A DNA stretch of 64,000 nucleotides from an uncultured virus (IMG/VR IMGVR_UViG_3300032156_000006) (Duplodnaviria; Heunggongvirae; Uroviricota; Caudoviricetes). Positions 51,180-61,264 of this stretch are shown here, piece after piece (the stretch's first letter is position 1; each line of letters begins with the position of its first letter). Below the pieces are notes generated by a model, which was given only the letters and a program-made list of their open reading frames with translations, made no database searches and had not been told where the DNA came from. The position numbers and the translations under genes were made by a program. Location: IMG/VR virus record IMGVR_UViG_3300032156_000006; one strand, given 5' to 3'.

Positions 51180-51947
51180 ATGGTTAAAGATATGCCAAAA
51201 TTACATAGTCCGTTTGCAAGGAGAATGATAAACAGGCACTATGTTTGCATTCCAGAAATCGAGAAAATATATGACACACCTGAAGGTAAAATAATCGGTA
51301 GCCACTTGGTCGAACTCGGAAAAAATCTTGCGGACTATAAAGTAGTTGGAGACTACTCATGGGTGTTTGAAGATCCGCTAGTTATTGCAACTGAAAAACT
51401 TGACGGAACAGATGTTTCTATAATCATCGAAAACGGAGTTATAACATCCGTTTGGAATAGAACCCAAAGGATTCCTCCGTACAACAAAGGAAAGAAGTTT
51501 ATAACCGAGGCAATATTAAATTCCATCGAACGGGATTACTGTGATCTACCCGATGGGCAGTGGTGGGGGGAAGTCATCGGACCGAAGCTTGCAGGTAATC
51601 CATATACTCTTGATGAGCACTTGTGGATTCCGTTCAAAACGTATGCACAGGAGCATCTGCGATATACTAGCTGGGGGAAACACCCAAAAACATTTGACAG
51701 TATCAGCGGATGGCTTAAGACACTAATGCCAATTTACTCTTTGAGAATTAATGGAAAGGATTCGAAAAACCCTGACATAAATCCAAAAACAGGAAAACCG
51801 CATTATGCTGAAGGCATTGTTTTTGTTCATCCTGATGGCAGAATGGCAAAGTTGAGAAAGGACATGTTTTCGTTCTGGTATGAACAAAATCCTAATGCAA
51901 AAAGCCATAAAGAATTTGAACCAAAAGTTGATCCTGATGGTATCTAG
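51180..51947 (+). CDS. RNA ligase-like nucleotidyltransferase
   Basis: TEKLDGT (motif I KxDG), GEVIGP, EGIVF, MAKLR. Confidence 0.75.
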   Translation: MVKDMPKLHSPFARRMINRHYVCIPEIEKIYDTPEGKIIGSHLVELGKNLADYKVVGDYSWVFEDPLVIATEKLDGTDVSIIIENGVITSVWNRTQRIPPYNKGKKFITEAILNSIERDYCDLPDGQWWGEVIGPKLAGNPYTLDEHLWIPFKTYAQEHLRYTSWGKHPKTFDSISGWLKTLMPIYSLRINGKDSKNPDINPKTGKPHYAEGIVFVHPDGRMAKLRKDMFSFWYEQNPNAKSHKEFEPKVDPDGI

Positions 51948-52137
51948 TAGACGAAGGCGTATAGAGCTCCGGTATGTTTTGGGCAAATGTGAATGGTGCA
52001 AGAAGAAGAAAGAAATCAATCAGCGCAATCGTTGCCGGGATTGTGAACAACATTACCAGAATGCGACGTACCCATTAGAAACGAGAAAAGAACACAAATT
52101 CCACTATTCTCCCATCACATTGCCGTAAGGTGTAAAA

Positions 52138-53043
52138 ATGGATACTGAAAATGAACTTGCAAAGTTGGCATCTGCCTTTAGTGAGCCAATTGACAAAATT
52201 AAGGAAAGGTTCGAAGCCAGCAAGGAGCATGTTGCCAAAAATTCACCTGACGCTTCACAAGAATTAGTCGTCAGTTGCGCCCTAGACGCTGTTTTGGCGC
52301 AACTGCAACGGAAGTATAACTCAAAAGTCCGCGTCTTTGAGGGCATGTTTCTGGCATGTGACGGATATGTTAACACTGCAGCACAAAAGGAGGCTTCTTT
52401 CCTGATTCATGGCATCATAATTGAGCGCAACGTGATAATCGAAATGACATTGTATGTTACCAACACCTCGCTTTTAAACGAGGTGATACTCAACAAGCCT
52501 GTTCGTTTCAATGCATCGCGCAGCATTTACCAGTCGAGCCTTCGGATGCTATTGCGTTCTGAACAAAATACACGATTTGAATATTTTGTTATGGAAGATA
52601 ATCCACCAGATACTGCGATGATGCTGGCATCGTCACGGTTTAATAGACTGCTACCGGCGGATCTGCCAACTTTGCTAAAAACAGAAAAAGATAAAGATGA
52701 CAAAGATATACAAAAACTAGACAAGGGTCCGTGGCTGCTGCAAAATGTTATTATTAGCAATATTCTCAAGCACCGCCGCAATGACCAGACATATATCGAA
52801 ATTACCCATCCGGATTTGCTCGGCTGGGACATTACTGCTATATTTCGCCCAATAAAGAGCGACTACGAATTGGTGCGCGACAAGAGAGCCGATCTTCTGG
52901 TGAAAGTATATAGGCTTGACATTGATAAAAAGCAGGTTGTTATGTACGGATCCGGATATTGGCAGAAAGCTGAATTTAGATTATTGAAACTCGGGAGGGA
53001 TGAAAACAATGGTAAAATACATAGAAAGAACAAAGGAATATGA
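52138..53043 (+). CDS. hypothetical protein, possibly RPA/OB-fold-like
   Basis: Position in the replication operon; helical N-terminus and beta-rich remainder. Confidence 0.35.
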   Translation: MDTENELAKLASAFSEPIDKIKERFEASKEHVAKNSPDASQELVVSCALDAVLAQLQRKYNSKVRVFEGMFLACDGYVNTAAQKEASFLIHGIIIERNVIIEMTLYVTNTSLLNEVILNKPVRFNASRSIYQSSLRMLLRSEQNTRFEYFVMEDNPPDTAMMLASSRFNRLLPADLPTLLKTEKDKDDKDIQKLDKGPWLLQNVIISNILKHRRNDQTYIEITHPDLLGWDITAIFRPIKSDYELVRDKRADLLVKVYRLDIDKKQVVMYGSGYWQKAEFRLLKLGRDENNGKIHRKNKGI

Positions 53044-53786
53044 GAGAAATTTGGAAGATTCTGAACAATATATAGATGAAATTGCTAAGGCATATATAAC
53101 TGGACATGAAGCAATGCACACTGGGTATAAAAAGCATATCGAAATTGAGGAAAAGGAAGTTCCTGTGTTAATAGAAAATTCATTTGGAGTGTATAAAATC
53201 TATGCACTTGTTTATCGAAAGGAATAGAGGAAAGAGGTGAAAACATGAAACTAGTAAAAAGAAAAGATGAACAAAAGATACACTTGATTATGGGTAATCA
53301 AACTATCGACGCTAGTCAAGTGCATTTATATGACATTCCGCCAGCGAATTGCATAGCTGGCTACAAAACAAATATTGTGCATACATGGAATTATTTTTAT
53401 ATCTATAAGGATCAAGAATCCGAAAAAGAGAATGCAAGGATTGCTGAGCAAGAATTTGAATTTGAAATCCCTAATTTACCCATCGAGCAATTACGACTCG
53501 AAGGTCTTGAATGCTTACTGGGCGAAATTGAGTCGATCAAACTACCGAAAATTGTTATAATTAATGATGCCATTCTTGCATTACCACTGTGCGTTTTTGA
53601 AAAATACGAGAGAAAATTTGATATCGTTAACGAAGATTTTGTTCATCATATGCGAGAGTATGACATTCCGGGATTTGCAAAGTTTATGGTACCAGAATTC
53701 TTGACTTTGGAAGAAAAGAAACCTTACGATGAATTTGAGCGGATGGAATATGAAATCGAAAAAAGATTTGAGAGAAAGAAGGTGGG

Positions 53787-54659
53787 TTGATGCCGGGTTG
53801 GATTTCGGATAAACAGACAAATTTGGCGCAAGTATCATTGCCTCCGCAAGCGACAGCAGCATTGCCACCTAAGGCGCGCGTTGAAACAATTATGCTTTTT
53901 GGCTTGCCAAAGTGCGGAAAAAGTTCGGGAGCTTGCAGTCTTATTGAGGAAGTTCTTACAAAAAATCAAGATTGCACTATTCATTATGTCTGCACTGATG
54001 ACGGGCTGGATGATACATTCAACTGGTATTTCCAGAATAGGAGTGATGAGATACGTTCTAAGATGAAAGTGTATTATCCATCTAGGTTTAAGTTGAGCAG
54101 TGAGCCGTTTTTCAATCAAATCGCCAGCATGTTTTACAATATTCGTGATCAAGCCAAAAAAACGGACTGGATAATAGTTGACTTAGCTGGCAAGTTCTGG
54201 AACTGGGCCCAAGATGTTTATGTTGAACAAACATCGCCGCAGAATGTGATTACGACGTACTTATCGGATGCCGCTAAAGACATGAAGCGCTTTTCAGAAA
54301 TGAACCGACTGCAATGGCAGTTCATCAAGCGCCTAGATAATATTGCCACGTTTGATATTATTGAAAACCCGCCTTGCAACCTTTTGTACATATTCGGTGA
54401 AAACGAACTGGATATTGACGACACCGTGGAGGATCAGCAGAAAGAGAATGCTAATGACATTTTTCGGCTTGTCGGATGCAAGCCAGAAGGTCAGAAAAAG
54501 ATGGCTTACGCCTTCTCTACTATTGTTTATTTGGGTGGATTGCAACAACGATCATATATTGTATTGGGTGACCGTGGATATATGAGTAATTACAAGGAAA
54601 TTCCTTATGAGCGAAGTTGGTATAAGGAGTTTTTGAAGAATCGGGGTAAAAGTCAATAG
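53787..54659 (+). CDS. P-loop NTPase (AAA_24/Sak4-like recombinase)
   Basis: LFGLPKCGKS, WIIVD, KPEGQK. Confidence 0.6.
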   Translation: MMPGWISDKQTNLAQVSLPPQATAALPPKARVETIMLFGLPKCGKSSGACSLIEEVLTKNQDCTIHYVCTDDGLDDTFNWYFQNRSDEIRSKMKVYYPSRFKLSSEPFFNQIASMFYNIRDQAKKTDWIIVDLAGKFWNWAQDVYVEQTSPQNVITTYLSDAAKDMKRFSEMNRLQWQFIKRLDNIATFDIIENPPCNLLYIFGENELDIDDTVEDQQKENANDIFRLVGCKPEGQKKMAYAFSTIVYLGGLQQRSYIVLGDRGYMSNYKEIPYERSWYKEFLKNRGKSQ

Positions 54660-55073
54660 GAGGTGATTTGATGAACACAGAAATAAAATTTGAAGAAATT
54701 GCGAAAATGCCAAAAACAAGCGTCTATTCGGTTATAAGCAATCATGACAATTTAGAGTTAGGAAGAATTAGATGGCATGGAGCTTGGAGGCAATATATTT
54801 TCTCGTCGTTTGAAGGTTCTGTTTGGAGTGCTGATTGCTTAGCAGAAGTATCTGAATTTCTTGTAAAACTCAAAAAGAAAAGGAGGATGAAAAAATGAGA
54901 ATTAAACCAGAAATACCTGACATACTCCAACGACTTGGGTTCGGGAAGGTTATCAAGTGTAAAGGTGATTGATGTGAAAATCGGATGTTTTGAAATATGG
55001 ATGCCAAATTGGTTAGCCGGAAAACTAAAATTCCGCCAGACGAAGCTGACGGAGTTTGCGGATGTGATGTCTG

Positions 55074-55781
55074 ATGCAGATTAACGCTAGTGTACTTATG
55101 TCATACCTAAAACAACTCCGTGGACCTAAAGGTGCATCTATTCAAGATGTAGTAATCGATGTGACTCCAACTGGCTTGCATTCATTTGTATTCGAACCCG
55201 GTGGTTTGCGGCAGGTTCGCGTGACATATGATTTTCCAACTGAATGTGCCAATAACGAAACAATGGCGTTGTGCATTCCAAAATTGGACACTTTTATTAT
55301 CGCTCTTATGCGCTTCGATGAAGAAATAATTGATGTTGAAGTCCAAGATAACAAAATTTGCGTGAAAGGCAGAAGGAAACGCTTTAGTGTCCCTATGCTA
55401 AGCGGTGAATACGTAAGACGCGGAAATCCACTCAAGAATGATCTGGCTATCAAGTTCGTTCTTCCGAAACAGGTAATTGACGACATTGTGTCTGACATCA
55501 AACTAGGGAACGGAACAAGAATTGAATTATCGCAGAAAGGTGGTTTGCTCGATGTAACCGTTAGTTCAACAGAGTCATCAATTATATCTGAATCTTCGTT
55601 CGATGTAAATCCGGATACGCCTGCCTTTAGGGTTATTTATAGGTATGTTACTTTTTGCATTTTTGAGATGATAACTGGTGATGCTAGTCTTGCTACGGCA
55701 GACAAGAACCCGTTATATGTTCAATATAAAACAAAGGAAGGAATCAATGTCGAGCACTGGATCGCGCCGGTTATAGATTGA
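55074..55781 (+). CDS. PCNA-like sliding clamp
   Basis: 235 aa, two-domain clamp pattern, C-terminal PLYVQY...EHWIAP. Confidence 0.75.
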   Translation: MQINASVLMSYLKQLRGPKGASIQDVVIDVTPTGLHSFVFEPGGLRQVRVTYDFPTECANNETMALCIPKLDTFIIALMRFDEEIIDVEVQDNKICVKGRRKRFSVPMLSGEYVRRGNPLKNDLAIKFVLPKQVIDDIVSDIKLGNGTRIELSQKGGLLDVTVSSTESSIISESSFDVNPDTPAFRVIYRYVTFCIFEMITGDASLATADKNPLYVQYKTKEGINVEHWIAPVID

Positions 55782-56282
55782 GGCGAAATTATGAAAATTC
55801 ACGGTATTGGATGCCCAAAAGAATGGCAGGAAGCGTGGAATACTTATTTCGCACTTACACCACAGGGAAAGCGTATGCTCGATCGTGTGATTGAGTTGAT
55901 TTATCAGGAACTGAAGAAAGAGGCATCTAATCACGAGGATTTGATTAATATATATTTTACTGATAGCAAGAGCATTCTAAAGAAAGCTCTGTATGGCAAA
56001 TTCCAAGATGACAAAGATTTGCAGAGCCAAGAAGTAGGATTGGTTGAACGAACAGCATACTTCAGGCGGTGGCAAGACTTGCGCCCATACCAAGAAACAC
56101 AGGCAGAAATCAGGTGGGCGAGGAAATAAACTGGAGGTATATCTATATGCCAAGAACAGAAAAAAATGAGGAAAAAGATGCTGCCGCGTGGGCCATGCTA
56201 AAGGAGCAGATTGACATGAGAGGTTGTTGTAAGTTCGGGATGAAATAGGAACGCTAAATCTGAATCAATTGAGGTGGTTTGA

Positions 56283-56594
56283 ATGAATAGAGAAAGAATG
56301 TATCGCCAAGGAGATGTACTCCTTAAAGAAATTGAGAAGTGCGAAGGGGTAGAAATAGCACAAGGCATGAAAATCCTAGCTTATGGCGAAGCGACGGGGC
56401 ATAAGCATATCCTAAAAGGCGAGAAGGTGAGATTTTATGAAACTACAGGAGGTCAGGTGCAAGTTCAAGTAGAAAGAACAGCTCAGCTTGTGCATGATGA
56501 ACATGAGGAAATAGAGATTCCTGCTGGAAATTATCAAGTTGTCTTGCAACGAGAGTTTGATTTGGTGAGCGGTGTAAGGCAAGTGATGGATTAG
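56283..56594 (+). CDS. conserved phage protein (YRQGDV / GEATGHxH family)
   Basis: YRQGDVLL, LAYGEATGHKH, LVHDEH, QREF. Confidence 0.7.
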   Translation: MNRERMYRQGDVLLKEIEKCEGVEIAQGMKILAYGEATGHKHILKGEKVRFYETTGGQVQVQVERTAQLVHDEHEEIEIPAGNYQVVLQREFDLVSGVRQVMD

Positions 56595-56643
56595 GTAAGC
56601 TACCAACGACTAAAGGTCGTTGGCTTCCTTGCCGATTTGCGAT
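56595..56643 (-). mobile_element. 49-bp single-hairpin IS200/IS605 derivative
   Basis: Minus strand: TCAC|20 nt ending GAAG|ccaacgac-cttta-gtcgttgg|tagcTTAC. Confidence 0.7.
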
Positions 56644-56651
56644 GTGATTGT

Positions 56652-56936
56652 GTGGAAAAGGAATTTGTTATCGTGAGAGGTCCACCTGGGGTTTATGCGG
56701 GCTATTTAGAAAAAGAGAATGGCGGAGACATAGAACTGTCAGAGGCGTTTTGTCTCTGGCGATATTCTGGAGCGGCGAGTTTGAATCAACTTTCACAAGA
56801 AGGCGTGAAGTCTCCGCAAAACTGCAAATTTTCTATTTCAGTTCCAAAAATGCGCTTAAAGCAAATATTCCAAGTTTTACCTTGCTCGAAAGAGGCAAAG
56901 GAAAATTTGACTAATGTGAAAAGATGGAAAATTTAA
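56652..56936 (+). CDS. conserved phage protein (DUF6948-like)
   Basis: VIVRG..GVYAGYL, LWRYSGAASLNQLS.EGV. Confidence 0.65.
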   Translation: MEKEFVIVRGPPGVYAGYLEKENGGDIELSEAFCLWRYSGAASLNQLSQEGVKSPQNCKFSISVPKMRLKQIFQVLPCSKEAKENLTNVKRWKI

Positions 56937-57571
56937 TTGACGACTCAAATGGCGATGGCGATGGCAATGGCAATGGCGATGGCAATGGCAATGGCGATGG
57001 CGATGGCAGTGGCGATGGCTATGGCTATGGCTGTGGCGATGGCAATGGCTATAGCGATGGCTATGGCGATGGCGATGGCAATGGCAATGGCGATGGCAAT
57101 GGCGATGGCGATGGCAGTGGCGATGGCGATGGCAATGGCGATGGCTGTGGCTGTGGCTATAGCGATGGCGATGGCAATGGCAATGGCAATCTTTTTGTCA
57201 TTGTGCAAGGTGTCTTTTTTCACAAAATTGCATTTGTAAATGCATTTGTTTTAAAAAATCTCACGGTCGACGACATTCTACTATGCGAAAATACAGAACA
57301 GAAAGCAGTACTCATACGCGAATATGGATATGAAATGATTTTGAAGAAAGCAAATACAAAAATAATTGATGCTGAAGGTAAAAATTCGTTAATAGAATTT
57401 GAACTCGACAATAAGATTAAAGCAAGAGTTGTGTGCGTTGAAGACGCAACATCCAAAAAAAAATATTTCCTTGGAGTTCCTGTTCATAAACAAACCGAAA
57501 CTTGTGCAGGAGCGATTGCGTGGACATTTGGGCAAGATAAAGAAAACTACATCCTTGAAAAAGAAACATGA
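56924..57571 (+). CDS. Gly-X repeat protein with a DUF6745-like C-terminal domain
   Basis: (G[DNYSC])n tract; NTEQK, DATSKKKYFLGVP, AIAWTFG. Confidence 0.7.
   Translation: MENLIDDSNGDGDGNGNGDGNGNGDGDGSGDGYGYGCGDGNGYSDGYGDGDGNGNGDGNGDGDGSGDGDGNGDGCGCGYSDGDGNGNGNLFVIVQGVFFHKIAFVNAFVLKNLTVDDILLCENTEQKAVLIREYGYEMILKKANTKIIDAEGKNSLIEFELDNKIKARVVCVEDATSKKKYFLGVPVHKQTETCAGAIAWTFGQDKENYILEKET
56951..57190 (+). repeat. 6-bp coding tandem repeat, 40 units
   Basis: ggcgat/ggcaat/ggctat/ggcagt/ggctgt units. Confidence 0.9.
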
Positions 57572-57614
57572 TTGAATAAAAAATATTAGCTTGTGGGTTC
57601 GGGAAGGTTATACT

Positions 57615-58340
57615 ATGGCTAGTTTCAGAATATCCAAGTCCGCCTTGCAGGCATTCCGGAATTGCCCGGAGAAATTCATGTGGATATACATAAAAGAAGT
57701 TCCGGATAGCACCGGACCCGAGGCATTGACAGGAAAACATCTGCACCAGATATTTTTTGATTACTACAAGACGCTTGACATAAAAAAGATTAGTGACGAA
57801 TACCTGATTCGGCACGCTATGGATTATGACAACGGGGCTTTGTCTGATCATCTGCAAAACTTCGCAGCTTTCAATTGCTATATATACAGTTCATTAAAGG
57901 ACAAAGCAAAAATCAAACCTGTTCTCATAGAAGAACATCTTTTTTACCCAAAGCTGAACATGAGTGGCTATGTGGATGCTATATTTGAGGATGACGATAA
58001 CAATTGCATGGTTTTGGATTACAAAACCGGAAAATTTGATGAAAAACGCTTGCATGAATATCGCCAAGAATTGTCGATTTATTCCGAATTGGCTAAAGAA
58101 TCCAAGCGGTGCAAACCGACACACTGGGGAATTTCTTTCACGAAGTCCGGTGTATTTTGGAAGGAAAATATCCAGCCAGATTATTTCAAAACAAGTGTGC
58201 TGCCATTGTTTAAGGAGTTGCGTGAAAGCATCGCTAAGCAGCTGTTTCCGCCTAACGTAGGACCGCTTTGTCTATATTGCAGCATGAAGAATAGATGCAG
58301 TGCATGGTCGCGGAGCTCTGGGGCAGTACTCAAAATGTAA
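57615..58340 (+). CDS. Cas4-like PD-(D/E)xK exonuclease
   Basis: ISKS.L.AF..CP, G..LH, GYVD, LDYKTG, CLYC.....C. Confidence 0.85.
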   Translation: MASFRISKSALQAFRNCPEKFMWIYIKEVPDSTGPEALTGKHLHQIFFDYYKTLDIKKISDEYLIRHAMDYDNGALSDHLQNFAAFNCYIYSSLKDKAKIKPVLIEEHLFYPKLNMSGYVDAIFEDDDNNCMVLDYKTGKFDEKRLHEYRQELSIYSELAKESKRCKPTHWGISFTKSGVFWKENIQPDYFKTSVLPLFKELRESIAKQLFPPNVGPLCLYCSMKNRCSAWSRSSGAVLKM

Positions 58341-58575
58341 AAGAGTGAGGTGGTTTTGATGGAACGAGAACTCTGCCAAGTTTGCTCTAAGCCACTGCGT
58401 ATTTTGTGCGAGGTAATCAAGGATGGGAAATGGGTGCCTGTCTTCGGCTGCCGCCGATACTGTGTAGCGCAAAAAGAGCAAGTTAGAAGACCACAGAAGT
58501 TTGGCGGCGGTCGGGGGGCAGTCGGAAGATGGAGGCACAGGAGAGAGAAGCGAAGGTGATGAGCCATGACCGTAG

Positions 58576-58929
58576 TTAATCCTTCTCTTTTGGAGCTGAA
58601 GGTGGAGTGGTTGGAAACGTAAATTTTGCCCCAGCTAAAAGATTTACCGCACGCAGTGCTGTAGTAAGAACAGGCGTGCCCATAAATCCGGCTATAGAAG
58701 TGCATGCCGCTGTCAGTATGTCAGATATGCCGTATTCTTTGCAAATAAAAAATATAACCAATCCGCAAAACATTCCCACAAATGCTTCGGCAGTATAGCG
58801 CCAGAGTGTTTTCTTTCCTTCTTCTTCGCTGGATGTTATCTCCCGAACGATACCGCCCATGCCTGCGAGGATAATGTGGACAATCACTTCAATTGGTGTA
58901 ACATTGTTAAATGACATAGAAATCATCAT
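58576..58929 (-). CDS. putative holin (LydA-like)
   Basis: Three TM segments; GMGGIVR, FVGMFCG, IAGFMG. Confidence 0.6.
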   Translation of the reverse strand: MMISMSFNNVTPIEVIVHIILAGMGGIVREITSSEEEGKKTLWRYTAEAFVGMFCGLVIFFICKEYGISDILTAACTSIAGFMGTPVLTTALRAVNLLAGAKFTFPTTPPSAPKEKD

Positions 58930-59213
58930 TTTAGAGCTTTAGCTAGCGTTTCGTACTGGGTTTTGTAGTATTGCCTCTCTTTGTACAGCCATAGGAGTAT
59001 TATTCCTATGAGTATAATTATCAGTAACTCGCCAACTAAAAACCATTCGACAATTGAAGAATATTGCGTATCACTTGCTAATGACATTCTAGCAATATTT
59101 TTCTTTTCTGACGTATATGCCTCAGCGAAAATAATGCTTAAAAAAAGAATAAACAATACTGCAAACGGAATCATATTCTGTTTGGACAGTATTGGAAGGC
59201 ACACTTTTTTCAC
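58926..59213 (-). CDS. small two-TM membrane protein
   Basis: Two hydrophobic helices; next to the putative holin. Confidence 0.5.
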   Translation of the reverse strand: MKKVCLPILSKQNMIPFAVLFILFLSIIFAEAYTSEKKNIARMSLASDTQYSSIVEWFLVGELLIIILIGIILLWLYKERQYYKTQYETLAKALK

Positions 59214-59217
59214 CTGT

Positions 59218-59550
59218 TTATATCATGCGATGCGCAAGTGTTTTTGGCGCAGCGGTTTTTAGTGCGGCGCCTGTAACTTTAGCTGTCGTTGGTGCCGGTA
59301 CTCCTTGCGGCCTTGGCATTTTTTCAAGCAAATATACAAATACATATTTTGCCGCTTGGTAAAGGCCAACTGTCAGTCCGGCTTTGATAAATGTCATCAA
59401 GGTAGTGCCATCGGTTATAGTGTTAGTCGAGACATACCAGAAGAAACCTAGCATAAATCCCGAAAATGTGTACATTGCCACATCTTTTACAAAATCAGAG
59501 CTGATAATCTTGTTCACCCAATCGGTAATATCTAATGCTGAAATCGGCAT
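59218..59550 (-). CDS. small membrane protein (holin-like)
   Basis: Two hydrophobic segments and a basic C-terminus. Confidence 0.45.
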   Translation of the reverse strand: MPISALDITDWVNKIISSDFVKDVAMYTFSGFMLGFFWYVSTNTITDGTTLMTFIKAGLTVGLYQAAKYVFVYLLEKMPRPQGVPAPTTAKVTGAALKTAAPKTLAHRMI

Positions 59551-59615
59551 TGTTACACCCCTTTTTCATTTAAAATTATAGTTCATTCGTCTTTTTTAAA
59601 GGCTCCGGCTCGTTT

Positions 59616-60698
59616 TCAGACGCCATATGCCTTCTTTTCTACCATCTTCATGCGGCGCTCAAGGTCAGACAAATAAAGGCGTGTATCGATAATTTTTGTG
59701 TTGATTTGTATTGCAGTTCGAATGCCTGTCGAAGGGGACCAAGAATGTTTCATTGTCAAAACCTGATAACCGCCATCTAGATTTATTGTTGGGGCTGAAA
59801 TGTAAATATACTCGCCTGGATCGGTATATGCCAAAAAGAGCGACTCGAGCTCATAAGCATCCAAGGGATCTTTGCGGTTGCCAACCACAGTCTGCGCGAA
59901 GTTTCCTGCTGATGTAGCATCACCGACGTTTCCGACAGTAATTGCTCTGCTAAATGTACCGCGATTAGCTACAGAACTTGCATCAGTTGCCGTTCCAGTT
60001 GTCGATGCTCCAGCCCCCTGGATGACAACATCATTTGTCATAAACTCACTGTTTTTCGTGACTTTGGTCTGCCTAAGAAGATTGTCGCCTTCGGTAATAA
60101 CGTCAGGAGTATAAACAATATTCGCAGCCTGCCGTACATTCATATCACGGGTTGCTGGAGCAATCCAAAAATACACTTTGTACTGGTCACAGATTTGCTT
60201 AATGGCGTTGTATATCATGTCATTCGCAATGTTGGCAGAAACTAGGTATGACATTACTTCAGGCACGCTTTCGTAGGTAAAATCCGTCTGGTTGCTCAAG
60301 ATTGAACGAATCGCAGCACCAAGATCTGCATTAGTAAACGTGCCAGAATACCGTTGTGATGATAAGCGGCTCATGTACTCCTTTCCTTTCAACTCCAGTG
60401 TCTCACCGCTTCCGATGCTAAAGGCAACATCATCAACATACCCCCCCCAAACTTTGACGCCTATGGGGGGGGTTGTTTTGGTGGACATGAAAACTTCTAT
60501 TTCATCCTGTGCCTGGAACAGGTCATAATAGGCACGGTTTGGATCAGACACAGTTATGCTGCAAGTCCCCGAGCCAGTGTTTAGCTCGCGCGAAACCTCA
60601 ATCTTTTGGACACGGTCAAGCGGCAACTTGTTTATGCTGACAACTGCATCACCCCACGACTTAATTACCCACGAACCTGGTATTTCAAGCGAAGGCAT
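59616..60698 (-). CDS. baseplate hub / tail-tip protein
   Basis: WGGYVDDV...LELKGKEYMSRL, I.EGDNL, NDVVIQG, PGEYI.I, coiled C-terminus. Confidence 0.65.
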   Translation of the reverse strand: MPSLEIPGSWVIKSWGDAVVSINKLPLDRVQKIEVSRELNTGSGTCSITVSDPNRAYYDLFQAQDEIEVFMSTKTTPPIGVKVWGGYVDDVAFSIGSGETLELKGKEYMSRLSSQRYSGTFTNADLGAAIRSILSNQTDFTYESVPEVMSYLVSANIANDMIYNAIKQICDQYKVYFWIAPATRDMNVRQAANIVYTPDVITEGDNLLRQTKVTKNSEFMTNDVVIQGAGASTTGTATDASSVANRGTFSRAITVGNVGDATSAGNFAQTVVGNRKDPLDAYELESLFLAYTDPGEYIYISAPTINLDGGYQVLTMKHSWSPSTGIRTAIQINTKIIDTRLYLSDLERRMKMVEKKAYGV

Positions 60699-60699
60699 A

Positions 60700-61260
60700 T
60701 CATTTCCTCGTATTATCGAATTCTAAAGTTGTATTGCCGACCATTATAATTCCTGATGCATTATCAGAGACGAGGATTTCCAAATCGAATGGTTTTCCCT
60801 CGTGATTTTCTGCAGTAAAGGGATTTGTCAATAAGATAGTTGCATTTTCTGTTCCCATTAATTTGGCAACTGGGAACTTCGAAAACTGGTAACTTACTCC
60901 GTCAATCCCTAGTTCATCTGGTGGTGTATCGTTGAGGTTAATCAGCATTCGCGCATTTGGACTTGCAGATGACATTGAAGAAATATCTAACAGATTTGCA
61001 CCGTTTTTAATCCAAATTCGCGGTATGACAGGAATTGCATATCCGTTTGGTTGCACTTCTGTAATTACATATGGATAGATAGCGACTGGTAAAGCAGTTT
61101 CATTTTGTGGCCTGATTTTGAAAGTATAAAGCGTATTGTTCTGATAAGCTTGGATATCGTGTATTCTTACATCAGGGGTAAGAGGCTCTGTTAGCGAAGT
61201 GACTAAAGAGATGAAAGCGACAATGCCAACTACAATTACAAATGCATGTTTATCACTCAT
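60700..61260 (-). CDS. membrane-anchored hypothetical protein
   Basis: N-terminal hydrophobic helix and N-x-T sequons. Confidence 0.5.
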   Translation of the reverse strand: MSDKHAFVIVVGIVAFISLVTSLTEPLTPDVRIHDIQAYQNNTLYTFKIRPQNETALPVAIYPYVITEVQPNGYAIPVIPRIWIKNGANLLDISSMSSASPNARMLINLNDTPPDELGIDGVSYQFSKFPVAKLMGTENATILLTNPFTAENHEGKPFDLEILVSDNASGIIMVGNTTLEFDNTRK

Positions 61261-61264
61261 TTTT

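Noticed and set aside
56937..57239. Poly-MA and poly-IA ORFs
   Set aside because: Alternate frames of the hexamer repeat.
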